From a virus, in the IMG/VR virus record IMGVR_UViG_3300034284_001491, positions 1 through 64,000 of that record: a DNA stretch of 64,000 nt, one strand, 5' to 3'. Below are positions 1 to 8,438 of this stretch, one piece after another (position 1 is the stretch's first letter; each line of letters starts with the position of its first letter). Under the pieces are notes generated by a model, which made no database searches, was not told where the DNA came from, and saw only the letters and a program-made list of their open reading frames with translations. The position numbers and the translations under genes are program-made.

Positions 1-145
1 AATACTCTTTACCTTTATATTCCGTTTTCCAACTGTCTATCCAATAACATATCCTATTCATTTCTTTAAGGAAGTTTGGCATTTCATTTGAAAAACGTAG
101 TTTAAAGTTTACGCTTTGTCCTTGCATAGATACACCATGCTTCAT
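1..145 (-). CDS. Hypothetical protein, 3' part runs off the left edge (MKHGVSMQGQSVNFKLRFSNEMPNFLKEMNRICYWIDSWKTEYKGKEY...)
   Basis: ATG at 145-143 on the minus strand; frame stays open to base 1; lies downstream of a copy of the 16-bp motif like its neighbours. Confidence 0.6.
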   Translation of the reverse strand, partial: MKHGVSMQGQSVNFKLRFSNEMPNFLKEMNRICYWIDSWKTEYKGKEY

Positions 146-184
146 TGTTTTGTACATAAGAGTGAGTTTTAAAGTTAGTAACAA

Positions 185-200
185 TACAAGAGTTTCATTT
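185..200 (-). promoter_or_regulatory. 16-bp motif AAATGAAACTCTTGTA (minus strand), copy 1
   Basis: Exact TACAAGAGTTTCATTT at 185-200, 669-684 and 959-974, each intergenic and upstream of a leftward gene. Confidence 0.7.
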
Positions 201-223
201 AATTGTACTTGGAAAATGGGAGA

Positions 224-415
224 CTATTCATCCCCCATTTCTTCATCATACTCAAACTTGCCTGTAATAATAAAGTTCTTTACTTCCTCTTTGTAAGAGT
301 ATTCAATAACTTTATCATTAACTAATACATGATAGGTGGCCCTACCATCCACATCCCCTGCTGGTATCAACAGGAGAGTGGAAGTAATAAGACTATACAT
401 ATCAATCAGCATCAT
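224..415 (-). CDS. Small hypothetical protein
   Basis: 3' part of ORF 224..511; likely start at ATG 415, 412 or 400, next to the stop of the upstream gene. Confidence 0.55.
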   Translation of the reverse strand: MMLIDMYSLITSTLLLIPAGDVDGRATYHVLVNDKVIEYSYKEEVKNFIITGKFEYDEEMGDE

Positions 416-650
416 AAGGTACAGACTCTGGTCTTTCAAAGTATCTCCACCAAAAATCTTGGTCTTCTTCAGATAATTGAGTAAATTCTTCTGTCCATTT
501 AGCCTCCGCAATAATCATTTTGTCATTGATCATATCTCTATAATCACAGACATCTCCTCCTATTGGAGGATTAAACCATGCGGTGGTCAATCTGTCTAAC
601 TCCTCTTGTATATATACAAGATTCGCAAATTTTGGATTAGTGTGTAACAT
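402..650 (-). CDS. Hypothetical acidic protein (82 aa)
   Basis: ORF track; ATG lies 18 nt downstream of motif copy 2. Confidence 0.7.
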   Translation of the reverse strand: MLHTNPKFANLVYIQEELDRLTTAWFNPPIGGDVCDYRDMINDKMIIAEAKWTEEFTQLSEEDQDFWWRYFERPESVPYDAD

Positions 651-668
651 ATTGTGAATTATTAAGAT

Positions 669-684
669 TACAAGAGTTTCATTT
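669..684 (-). promoter_or_regulatory. 16-bp motif AAATGAAACTCTTGTA, copy 2
   Basis: Exact repeat; extends to 22/23 identity with copy 3 (669-691 vs 959-981). Confidence 0.7.
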
Positions 685-700
685 TATAGTTTGTAAGAGT

Positions 701-731
701 GAACAAGGCCAGGATCACCTGACACTTGTCC
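701..731 (-). terminator. Imperfect hairpin after the membrane-protein gene; possible terminator or processing site
   Basis: GAACAAG-GCCAGG-ATCA-CCTGAC-A-CTTGTCC inverted repeat just after the stop at 742. Confidence 0.35.
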
Positions 732-741
732 ACTTTACTTC

Positions 742-942
742 TTAGAAATCACTTTCATCAATTGCTTGAGCCAACAATATTCCTCCGGATAAGGCTATTA
801 TCCCTCCTAGGAATAATGTAACTGGGAACTGTGCTACCTCTTTGTATTCAAGGCAAAACACAAGTGCAATTAATGAAGATAGTACTGCATAGCACAATGC
901 TGTTCCTAGCACTGCACCCAAGAAACTTAAAACATTTTTCAT
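742..942 (-). CDS. Small two-transmembrane-helix protein
   Basis: MKNVLSFLGAVLGTALCYAVLSSLIALVF...FPVTLFLGGIIALSGGILLA; ATG at 942 preferred over the ORF-track start at 984. Confidence 0.7.
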   Translation of the reverse strand: MKNVLSFLGAVLGTALCYAVLSSLIALVFCLEYKEVAQFPVTLFLGGIIALSGGILLAQAIDESDF

Positions 943-958
943 AGTGGATTGAAATACA

Positions 959-974
959 TACAAGAGTTTCATTT
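959..974 (-). promoter_or_regulatory. 16-bp motif AAATGAAACTCTTGTA, copy 3
   Basis: Exact repeat 16 nt upstream of ATG 942. Confidence 0.7.
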
Positions 975-1068
975 GATAGTTCATGACATAGATAGATAGA
1001 TATTCTTTCTCAAAATATTTTTCTCAATCTAGATTACCTAATAGGTGATATGCACTCTGTCAAGTCAT

Positions 1069-1134
1069 AGGGGGTACACCAGTGGAGTGAGCTAGGCCGG
1101 GGGCGGTTCAGTATATCACCACTCCCACTCTCTT
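1069..1134. other. GC-rich non-coding island at the strand-switch point
   Basis: AGGGGGTACACCAGTGGAGTGAGCTAGGCCGGGGGCGG...CACCACTCCCACTCTC in otherwise AT-rich DNA; genes diverge on either side. Confidence 0.5.
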
Positions 1135-1205
1135 CTATAGTTGAATTTTTATATGGAAAAAAATTATGTTTATCAACACGGATGTTTATAAGATGTTATC
1201 CAAAA

Positions 1206-1236
1206 TTTGTTTGTTATTATATTATTCCTAACTTTG
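1206..1236 (+). promoter_or_regulatory. Bacteroidota sigma70-type promoter (TTTG-N19-TAACTTTG)
   Basis: TTTG at 1206-1209 and TAACTTTG at 1229-1236 match the Bacteroidota -33/-7 consensus. Confidence 0.6.
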
Positions 1237-1240
1237 TCAT

Positions 1241-1417
1241 ATGGATAATAAACTACTACTTGTTAAAGCTTATATGGCTTGGGAGAAAGTTGGATTTGCT
1301 CCCGGTCCTGAGAAAGATGAATATGATAGACTATCTAAGTTAGATATTCAGGATAATGTTGTTGTCCTCCCATCGTGTAATTTAGATGATGAGGATTGTC
1401 TTAGTTGTGGAAGCTAA
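1241..1417 (+). CDS. 58-aa peptide ending CNLDDEDCLSCGS (resembles the ribonucleotide reductase R1 C-terminal tail)
   Basis: Translated by hand: MDNKLLLVKAYMAWEKVGFAPGPEKDEYDRLSKLDIQDNVVVLPSCNLDDEDCLSCGS*; below the ORF-track cutoff. Confidence 0.65.
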   Translation: MDNKLLLVKAYMAWEKVGFAPGPEKDEYDRLSKLDIQDNVVVLPSCNLDDEDCLSCGS

Positions 1418-1447
1418 ATGTTCACTAATATTATTAATAAATAACAC

Positions 1448-1738
1448 ATGTGTAAATTTGAACCAATTCCTACAGGAATTATTGTTGAACTTGTTGAGGT
1501 GGAAGAAACCTCTTCTGGAATTATTCTACCTGATGGTAGAAAAGCCTCGGATCTTGATGACTATAAAGGTGAGATTATCCTTAAAGTGGGAAGTGATGTT
1601 GAGAGATTTAAAGAAGGAGATAGAGTGTATTTCTTTCCTTATGCTCAACCCTCCCTTATTAAAGATATGGATGCTAATGGTAAGGTTGTTACCTATATGT
1701 TTTTCAGGGAATCTGATATCATGGCAAAAGTTATTTAA
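1448..1738 (+). CDS. groES: GroES/Cpn10-like co-chaperonin
   Basis: FEP..IIVE..EETSSGIILPD mobile loop, KVG..V..FKEGDRVYF, and FFRESDIMAKV C-terminus. Confidence 0.85.
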   Translation: MCKFEPIPTGIIVELVEVEETSSGIILPDGRKASDLDDYKGEIILKVGSDVERFKEGDRVYFFPYAQPSLIKDMDANGKVVTYMFFRESDIMAKVI

Positions 1739-1765
1739 TAATCGGAATCTGTCATTATTTTAAAT

Positions 1766-1795
1766 AAAGCCTATAGTTTTCTATGGGCTTTTTTT
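1766..1795 (+). terminator. Rho-independent terminator
   Basis: AAAGCCTATAG-TTTT-CTATGGGCTTT followed by a T run. Confidence 0.75.
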
Positions 1796-1820
1796 GTATA
1801 TTAATTTTATAAGTGTATTT

Positions 1821-3146
1821 ATGAAAACATATGTTTGGGAATATTTAAACAGTACTGTTGCTTCTCTATTTAAAAATAGAGGTGGTGGCGGTATTGAATC
1901 AATTCAACCCGGAACAGGTGTGAACATTGATGATAGTGATCCTTCTAATCCAATTATTAATGTTGTTGGTGATGGATCATCTAGTTTACAAGATGTCACT
2001 GATCTAGGTAACAGTACCACAAATGATATTAATTTTAGTGGTGATAGTGTAGGATTATTGTTTGATAATGGAGCAAAATTTCAAAAAGGTACCACTGATG
2101 CAGGACTCGGAGGTTATAAAGGTGTAGCTCAAATTTGCTCAATTAATTATGAGCTAAAATGGGAGGCAGGTCGATTGTTTTACATAGAACAGGATGGATT
2201 CACTATTCGTGAGGTTACACATAATTTTACACAGATACCATCACAAAATGATGATGCAAGTAAAGGATTTGTTATAGGATCAAGGTGGGTATTAGATGAT
2301 GGTACAGTTTATCTATGTTCTGATAATACTAATGGAAATGCTATATGGGAATATGTTTTGCCTCCATATATTCCATTAACTGGAACAGTTAAAAATAAAG
2401 TAACTGGAAATATTCAGGTGGCTACTGATAAAAATGGTTTAATAAGTTTAGAGTATAACAATGGTGATATTATAGGTCTTGGAGTAGATTATGATGGATA
2501 TAGTGCATTATCATTTTACGATGCAGGTGCAAACCAAACTGCTTATTTGTATTTAAGAGGTGGGGATTTATATATTGATAATGTAGATACTGCTCAAAGC
2601 ACTGGAGCGATAATAAGCGTAATTAAGACTCTTCAAACCACCAAAATGACTTTCACCAATGGCACAAATCCTACTGCAACTGGTGCAAGTATTGGTGGAA
2701 ATGTTATTTACGAATTTGGTAATAAAGTATATTATAGCAATACTTTAGAAGCAACAAGTAGGGGATATTCAAAACTGCCATCATACTACTTTATTGATTC
2801 TGCTTCATATTTACAATCGGGAACAAATGCGCCAACGGAACAACAAGTGTTTGAAACTCAAGTAGGTGCTGGAATTGTAACCAAAACAATTAACTATGTC
2901 GCAGTAGGTCACTATCATATTATTTATGATGTTGGTTTATTTACATCATATATACCAAATGCATCATCAAAAGTTAAAGTAATGGTGACCAATGGCAATT
3001 CTGGCAATACAATCATCAATGCCTTTGTGAATACTCCATCCCTATCAACTATTGAAGTCACTATATATACGAGAAACGCTCAAACAGGCAATTTAACGAA
3101 TGGGTTATTGCTAAACACATTTATTGATGTAATGTGGTATGTATAA
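1821..3146 (+). CDS. Putative virion fibre/adhesin protein
   Basis: G/T/N-rich; IESIQPGTGVNIDDSDPSNPIIN and SLQDVTDLGNSTTN fibre-type motifs; ATG at 1821 preferred over TTG at 1794. Confidence 0.6.
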   Translation: MKTYVWEYLNSTVASLFKNRGGGGIESIQPGTGVNIDDSDPSNPIINVVGDGSSSLQDVTDLGNSTTNDINFSGDSVGLLFDNGAKFQKGTTDAGLGGYKGVAQICSINYELKWEAGRLFYIEQDGFTIREVTHNFTQIPSQNDDASKGFVIGSRWVLDDGTVYLCSDNTNGNAIWEYVLPPYIPLTGTVKNKVTGNIQVATDKNGLISLEYNNGDIIGLGVDYDGYSALSFYDAGANQTAYLYLRGGDLYIDNVDTAQSTGAIISVIKTLQTTKMTFTNGTNPTATGASIGGNVIYEFGNKVYYSNTLEATSRGYSKLPSYYFIDSASYLQSGTNAPTEQQVFETQVGAGIVTKTINYVAVGHYHIIYDVGLFTSYIPNASSKVKVMVTNGNSGNTIINAFVNTPSLSTIEVTIYTRNAQTGNLTNGLLLNTFIDVMWYV

Positions 3147-3174
3147 TATATTTAATTTCAGAAAAAAATAATTA

Positions 3175-3206
3175 TTAACTTTAAATAATATAATCATTCA
3201 AACAAT
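3175..3206 (+). repeat. 32-bp direct repeat, copy 1 (TTAACTTTAAATAATATAATCATTCAAACAAT)
   Basis: 31/32 identical to 3941-3972. Confidence 0.8.
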
Positions 3207-3326
3207 AAATTTTACAGAAGAAAAATTATTACAAATGCTTATTGCAAAATTTGCTTATCTTAATAATGATAATGCAAAAGCATTAGAAGTGTATAATAGA
3301 ATTATTAACAGTAATAAAAAATAATT

Positions 3327-3944
3327 ATGCCAGTAGAATTCAAATCGAAAATAAAATATGTTTATCAATTATTGAATAGACCTTTAAAAGAGTTTTATAA
3401 ATATATCTCTACTGGAACAGGTGGATTTCAGCATTATATTGGTGAAGAATTTGGAGGTGGGATTATTTTTAATCTTTGGAAAGATGAGAATGGTGAAGAA
3501 CATGGATTAATCATGGCTAAAAATCCTTTAAATAATTCTATATTTAATAATGCAAGATTTTGTTCTATTACAACATCGGCAGGTGCTTCGTCTTTAACAG
3601 ATGGTAAAGCAAATACAGATGCAATTTTAGCACTTCCTAATATTGTTCCTGGTGTAACATTAAGTTCAGCATTAGATTTACAAACATATTCCGAAGGCGG
3701 TTACACAGATTGGTATATGGGTGCAGCATTTGAATATGCTGCAATTTTAGATAATCGTTTTATTGTTGGACAAGCATTAGAAAGAGTGGGAGGTACACCA
3801 TTAACAAATGGTAGAGTTTTTATCTCTTCAACAGAAGTTACTACGTCATGTATTTCAATAGGTGTGCAAGCACAAAATACAGGTACTACAGTTCTAAAAA
3901 ATCAAGGTGTGCCTGATGGTTTTACACCAATTAGAAAATTTTAA
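3327..3944 (+). CDS. DUF1566/Lcl-like (C-type lectin fold) protein
   Basis: YIGEEFGGGIIF..EHGLIMA, GKANTDAIL, GGYTDWY, SSTE and terminal xRxF motifs typical of this family. Confidence 0.65.
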   Translation: MPVEFKSKIKYVYQLLNRPLKEFYKYISTGTGGFQHYIGEEFGGGIIFNLWKDENGEEHGLIMAKNPLNNSIFNNARFCSITTSAGASSLTDGKANTDAILALPNIVPGVTLSSALDLQTYSEGGYTDWYMGAAFEYAAILDNRFIVGQALERVGGTPLTNGRVFISSTEVTTSCISIGVQAQNTGTTVLKNQGVPDGFTPIRKF

Positions 3945-3972
3945 CTTTAAATAATATAATCATGCAAACAAT
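3941..3972 (+). repeat. 32-bp direct repeat, copy 2 (contains the ATG of the next gene)
   Basis: TTAACTTTAAATAATATAATCATGCAAACAAT. Confidence 0.8.
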
Positions 3973-4189
3973 TGACATTTTTAATTTTAAAAAGTATTTT
4001 AAACGTAATGGTGATAACAATACAGCCAGAATTGGACACGTAAATAGTGTAATGCCTATTATAGTTGAAGATAATCCAAACGAATTAGGTATTAAACCAG
4101 CATTTATTGGTCAGATTGCAATAGTTAAAGGAACTGAAGCTTGGATTGCTTATAATGATAATGCTTGGGGTAGATTTTTTCTAGATTAA
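3962..4189 (+). CDS. Small hypothetical virion-associated protein (75 aa)
   Basis: ORF track; PAFIGQIAI...AWIAY short fibre-type module. Confidence 0.65.
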   Translation: MQTIDIFNFKKYFKRNGDNNTARIGHVNSVMPIIVEDNPNELGIKPAFIGQIAIVKGTEAWIAYNDNAWGRFFLD

Positions 4190-4206
4190 TCTTTTAGTGG
4201 TTTACT

Positions 4207-6021
4207 ATGATTATAATACCTGGCATTTATAACGCTCAAACGCATATTCCTGGAGGAAATGTCCAAGGGCAAGTTATAACTGTAGGTGCTATATTAAAAG
4301 TAACTGAGAGAGATAGAAGACCATATCCATCTGATCCAGGAACGCCAAGTGAAATTTGGATTGACAATACTGCAGCAATTGGATATGTATGTAAAGAAGT
4401 GGGTCCTAACGGAACAGTATGGGATAGACTTGATGTATTAGGAGATTATGTAGCATTTGGTGATAATGATCCTGGAGTAAATGCTGATATAACTTGGGGA
4501 TATAGACCCGGATCACTAAGATATGCTAGAAATAGTGAAATCTTATGGATTTGTAAAGATAGTACTCAAGGTGCTGCTGTTTGGAATGTATTATCAAGTG
4601 GTGGTAGTGTAGTATCTGTAAATGGACAAACAGGTGTAGTTCAATTATATCTTGATGATCTATTAGATGTAGATGCTCCATTACCTACCAATGGTGATGT
4701 ATTAACCTGGGATTCAGCTACATCTACATGGATTGCTTTAGCTCCTACAGGTGGAGGTGGAACATATACTGTTAATAATGGTCTTATTGCAAATCCTACA
4801 TCTACTAACTTTCAATTAGGAGGTCAAACATTAGGTACTGGAAACTTAATAAGAAATACATATATCACTAATGATGGATATGAATTTAGAATAGATCAGA
4901 CAGGCTCAAGTACATATGCTCTTTATCTAAATCATTCGGGAACAGGTCTAAATACAGGTGCAGGTTTACGTGCAAATGCAGGTGGTATTGCGGTGAGAGC
5001 AAGTTCTCAAGAATCATATGCTTATGAAGGAATTTCGGGTCTTGACTACACTGCTTTTTTAATTAGAGGTAATCAAGTTCCACCTCTTTCTGCAGATAAT
5101 TCCGTTTTAGGAGTGATAAGATTAGATAGATCTACACAAGGAACTGCATTTGGTGGAATAGGTTGTAGTATAGATTTTTGGATTGAACCAAGAAGTTCAA
5201 CTCAAACAGTTCTTAGTACAAGTTTAGCAGCTATATGGGAAAACCCAGGACCAGCAGTTCTTAGCAGATTATCCCGATTTGATATTTATGGATATTCAAA
5301 CGGTGGTCAATTACTTAATACAAGTATAAGAGGTGATGGTAAATTTGTTTTACATCAATATGGACAAACTCCTGCTAATTTTCCAGGAACTCCTATATGG
5401 TCATTAGGTGTAGATGCTTTAGGTAATGTAATAGAATTTACACCAGGTGGAGGTCCTCCAATAACTTATACTGCTGATAATGGTATTACCGAAACTGCAA
5501 ATAATTTTCAATTAGGTGGACCACTTGTTCTTAATACTGTTATAAGTGGTGCTACTAGAGCATATGGAATTGATTTTAGTGAACTTAGTTATATCACTGG
5601 AACTACTGACCAGTTAAATGTAGTAGCTGATAATGGTACAGATAACACACAGCTAGACATATCTGGTGGAGGTGGTCAAATTATTCATACTAATACTGTT
5701 GCAGGATCTCAATCTGCTGTATTACTTCAATCAAGTACAGCAGCATTACAGCAAATTTCTGCTGCAAGTGGTGGATCTATTCAATTTACTTCAGCATTTG
5801 GCTTATTTGGATATTACCATACTCCAGTATTGACCCAAGTTCAATACCAAGTAGAAATTAATTCTGTTGGAATACACATAGTTACACCAAATGTTCAGGC
5901 TTCAACAGCTAGTGTTGGTCAGGTACTTACATTACAAAATGCTACAACAGGACAGGTAGAGTTTCAAACCCCAACAACATCAGGAGATAATATTTCACCA
6001 TTCTTATTAATGGGAGGATAA
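4207..6021 (+). CDS. Putative tail/head fibre protein (604 aa)
   Basis: VVSVNGQTGVV and LDDLLDV..PTNGDVLTWD fibre motifs; internal repeat TYTxxNG...NFQLGG; ends SPFLLMGG. Confidence 0.7.
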   Translation: MIIIPGIYNAQTHIPGGNVQGQVITVGAILKVTERDRRPYPSDPGTPSEIWIDNTAAIGYVCKEVGPNGTVWDRLDVLGDYVAFGDNDPGVNADITWGYRPGSLRYARNSEILWICKDSTQGAAVWNVLSSGGSVVSVNGQTGVVQLYLDDLLDVDAPLPTNGDVLTWDSATSTWIALAPTGGGGTYTVNNGLIANPTSTNFQLGGQTLGTGNLIRNTYITNDGYEFRIDQTGSSTYALYLNHSGTGLNTGAGLRANAGGIAVRASSQESYAYEGISGLDYTAFLIRGNQVPPLSADNSVLGVIRLDRSTQGTAFGGIGCSIDFWIEPRSSTQTVLSTSLAAIWENPGPAVLSRLSRFDIYGYSNGGQLLNTSIRGDGKFVLHQYGQTPANFPGTPIWSLGVDALGNVIEFTPGGGPPITYTADNGITETANNFQLGGPLVLNTVISGATRAYGIDFSELSYITGTTDQLNVVADNGTDNTQLDISGGGGQIIHTNTVAGSQSAVLLQSSTAALQQISAASGGSIQFTSAFGLFGYYHTPVLTQVQYQVEINSVGIHIVTPNVQASTASVGQVLTLQNATTGQVEFQTPTTSGDNISPFLLMGG

Positions 6022-6024
6022 AAT

Positions 6025-6354
6025 ATGGCAACAACATATAAAGTATTAGGACAAATAAGTCCTCCAGCATTAACAGAAGACTTACTATACGCAGTACCTG
6101 CTGCAACTTCAGCAATTGGAAGCTCTATAATAATAGCTAACAGAGGAACATCTGTAGCTACATTTAGAGTTAGTATAGCCGTTGGTGGGGCAGCAACTTC
6201 GAATAAGGATTACATTTATTACGATTTGCCTATTGGTGCTAATGATACATTCATAGCAACAATTGGTATTACATTGGCGACAACGGATGTTGTAAGGGTT
6301 TATGCATCAAACACAAACCTAAGCTTTTCACTTTACGGTTCAGAAATAAGCTAA
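6025..6354 (+). CDS. Small beta-sandwich virion protein (MATTYKVLGQ type)
   Basis: ORF track; resembles small phage structural proteins that follow fibre genes ending FLLMG. Confidence 0.65.
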   Translation: MATTYKVLGQISPPALTEDLLYAVPAATSAIGSSIIIANRGTSVATFRVSIAVGGAATSNKDYIYYDLPIGANDTFIATIGITLATTDVVRVYASNTNLSFSLYGSEIS

Positions 6355-6355
6355 T

Positions 6356-7603
6356 ATGCAGGGATACGCTTCATATAATATTATTGATTCAGAGGTATCA
6401 ATAAAAGACTCTGCAAACCTTGATGCGTTTAGCAGACTAAGGGTTAGTAACCCTCTTATTTTATTTAATTCTCAGCTTACTTATGACTTAGCTCCCATTA
6501 TACTAGAACAAATAACAAATGGTATTGGAGCTACAATTGCACATGATGCTACTAATAGATACGCATTAATGACATTTGCTTCCACTCCAACTGGTGGAAA
6601 GTCTTATATGCAGAGTTATGAGTACTTGCCATATCAGCCAGGTAGGTCGCAGCTAATCTTTGTTACATTTAACATGATTGCTGCTGTAGCTAATGTGTTG
6701 AAGTTTGCAGGGTATTCTGATGGAGTTAATGGTATAGAGTTTCAGTTAGATGGAACTACTAAACAGTTTGTTATTTATTCAGGCACAGGCAGTGGAAATA
6801 CCACAGTTGCTCAATCTTCATGGAACTTAGATAAGTTAGATGGCACAGGTGCTAGTGGAATTACTCTTGATATAACCAAAGTACAGATTTTAGTTATAGA
6901 TATTCAAGCATTATATGCAGGTAGGGTTAGAATAGGATTTGATATTGGTGGCAACATTATATATGCGCATGAGTTTCTTCATGCTAATAACATTGCTCCT
7001 CCATATTTACAATCAGCCAATCTTCCTGTAAGATGTGGAATGACTTGCACTGCTACAGTTAGTACAACAATGTACTTTCTATGTGCTGCTGTAATATCAG
7101 AAGGTGGTACAGAAGATATAAATGTATTTGGATATACATTTCAACAAGACTCAGGAGCTATTAGTGTAGGTACAGGTGGGACTCATATATTAAGCCTTAG
7201 ACCTAAAACAACATTTAATGGTATAACTAATAGAACAAGAGTAGCATATATAGATGTTGAGATTTACAATGCAGGTAATCAGCCTATTCAATGGCAGCTA
7301 TGTATAGGACAAGCCATATCAGGAACAACTACATATAATGATGTAAATAGCACATACAGCAGTTCTGAATATAATATACTAGGAACTCTTAGCGGAAGTC
7401 CTGCTGTAGTTATTGATGGTGGATATGTTGCATCATCAGGTGGTGCAAAAGGAGTTACTAATACAGCAATTGTTTCTAGGTATCCAATTACATTAAATCA
7501 AGCAGGTGCAGCAAGAGCATTAGGCACATTAACGTTAAAAGCTACTTCATTAAGTGGTACACAAACGGTTTATGCATCAATTAAATTTAGAGAAATCAGA
7601 TAA
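6356..7603 (+). CDS. Putative virion structural protein (lectin/jelly-roll-like)
   Basis: DAFSRLRVSNP, YQPGRSQ and QSSWNLDKLDGTGASG motifs seen in phage structural proteins. Confidence 0.6.
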   Translation: MQGYASYNIIDSEVSIKDSANLDAFSRLRVSNPLILFNSQLTYDLAPIILEQITNGIGATIAHDATNRYALMTFASTPTGGKSYMQSYEYLPYQPGRSQLIFVTFNMIAAVANVLKFAGYSDGVNGIEFQLDGTTKQFVIYSGTGSGNTTVAQSSWNLDKLDGTGASGITLDITKVQILVIDIQALYAGRVRIGFDIGGNIIYAHEFLHANNIAPPYLQSANLPVRCGMTCTATVSTTMYFLCAAVISEGGTEDINVFGYTFQQDSGAISVGTGGTHILSLRPKTTFNGITNRTRVAYIDVEIYNAGNQPIQWQLCIGQAISGTTTYNDVNSTYSSSEYNILGTLSGSPAVVIDGGYVASSGGAKGVTNTAIVSRYPITLNQAGAARALGTLTLKATSLSGTQTVYASIKFREIR

Positions 7604-8280
7604 TGGCACAAGGATTCACAAGAGGTACACCGATAGATACAGACCCTAACTTATCATTAGATAGTGACCTTGTTGTTCCTTCACAAAAGGCTATAAAGGA
7701 CTATGTAGACACGGGTCTTAATACTAAGCAAGATACTCTTACACTAACTACAAATTTCACAAGTGGTCCTGCTACATTAATAGGAGCTACGTTGAACATT
7801 CCTCAGTATAGTGGTGGTGGACCAGGAGGTGATTCTATAGGACAATTAACTGGGGATGTAGACACAGTTCTTGCGACATCACCAACTGAAGTTATGCCAT
7901 CCGCATTAAAAGCCAATCTAAAAACAGGCTCTTTTGGTGTTACAGTAGATGGAGTTACTGCTGTTGTACAAGTAGGCACAGTAGGATATGTGGTGATGCC
8001 ATATGCAGGTACAATAACAGGATGGAGCATCACTGCTAATGTAGTTGGAAGTATTCAGTTTGATATATGGAAAGCTACTAATGTTATTCCTACAGCAGCA
8101 AATACTCAAATTCCATTAGCTGCTAATAGACCTAAATTGACTGCTCTACAATATGTAAACTCTACAACATTGACAGGTTGGACAACATCATTTTTAGCTA
8201 ATGATGTTTATGGATTCTATGTAGATTCTGCATCAACAATAAAAAATGCAACATTAACAATCAGAACTACTAAGTCATGA
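7603..8280 (+). CDS. Putative fibre-associated structural protein
   Basis: DLVVPSQKAIKDYVD fibre motif; C-terminal beta domain; TAATG coupling. Confidence 0.6.
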   Translation: MAQGFTRGTPIDTDPNLSLDSDLVVPSQKAIKDYVDTGLNTKQDTLTLTTNFTSGPATLIGATLNIPQYSGGGPGGDSIGQLTGDVDTVLATSPTEVMPSALKANLKTGSFGVTVDGVTAVVQVGTVGYVVMPYAGTITGWSITANVVGSIQFDIWKATNVIPTAANTQIPLAANRPKLTALQYVNSTTLTGWTTSFLANDVYGFYVDSASTIKNATLTIRTTKS

Positions 8281-8438
8281 CACAGTATATAGAAATAATA
8301 AATTTTGAAAATCAAATAAGGGTTGTTACTAAAGACGAAGGAGCTACTGAGTTTAATGAGCCTATTATTATTGATGTAGAAATAGCTTGCATCTCATTAG
8401 ATGATATTTTAACAGAAATAAAAAAACATATTGAGTAA
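8277..8438 (+). CDS. 53-aa hypothetical protein
   Basis: Hand translation MTQYIEIINFENQIRVVTKDEGATEFNEPIIIDVEIACISLDDILTEIKKHIE*; ATGA and TAATG overlaps on both sides. Confidence 0.65.
   Translation: MTQYIEIINFENQIRVVTKDEGATEFNEPIIIDVEIACISLDDILTEIKKHIE

Noticed and set aside
185-981. 16-bp repeats as a CRISPR array or attC sites
   Set aside because: Spacing is hundreds of bases with genes in between, the repeat is short and non-palindromic, and no cas or integrase gene is present
1386-1763. 125-aa ORF overlapping groES, and other short overlapping or antisense ORFs in the track (e.g. 7803-8033, 20121-20614, 21452-21784, 22200-22595, 31792-32157, 57419-63870)
   Set aside because: Shadow frames of well-supported + strand genes, with no recognisable motifs
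3327-3944. Diversity-generating retroelement targeting the DUF1566-like gene
   Set aside because: No reverse transcriptase and no template-repeat copy of the gene's 3' end seen in this window; one could exist elsewhere in the genome
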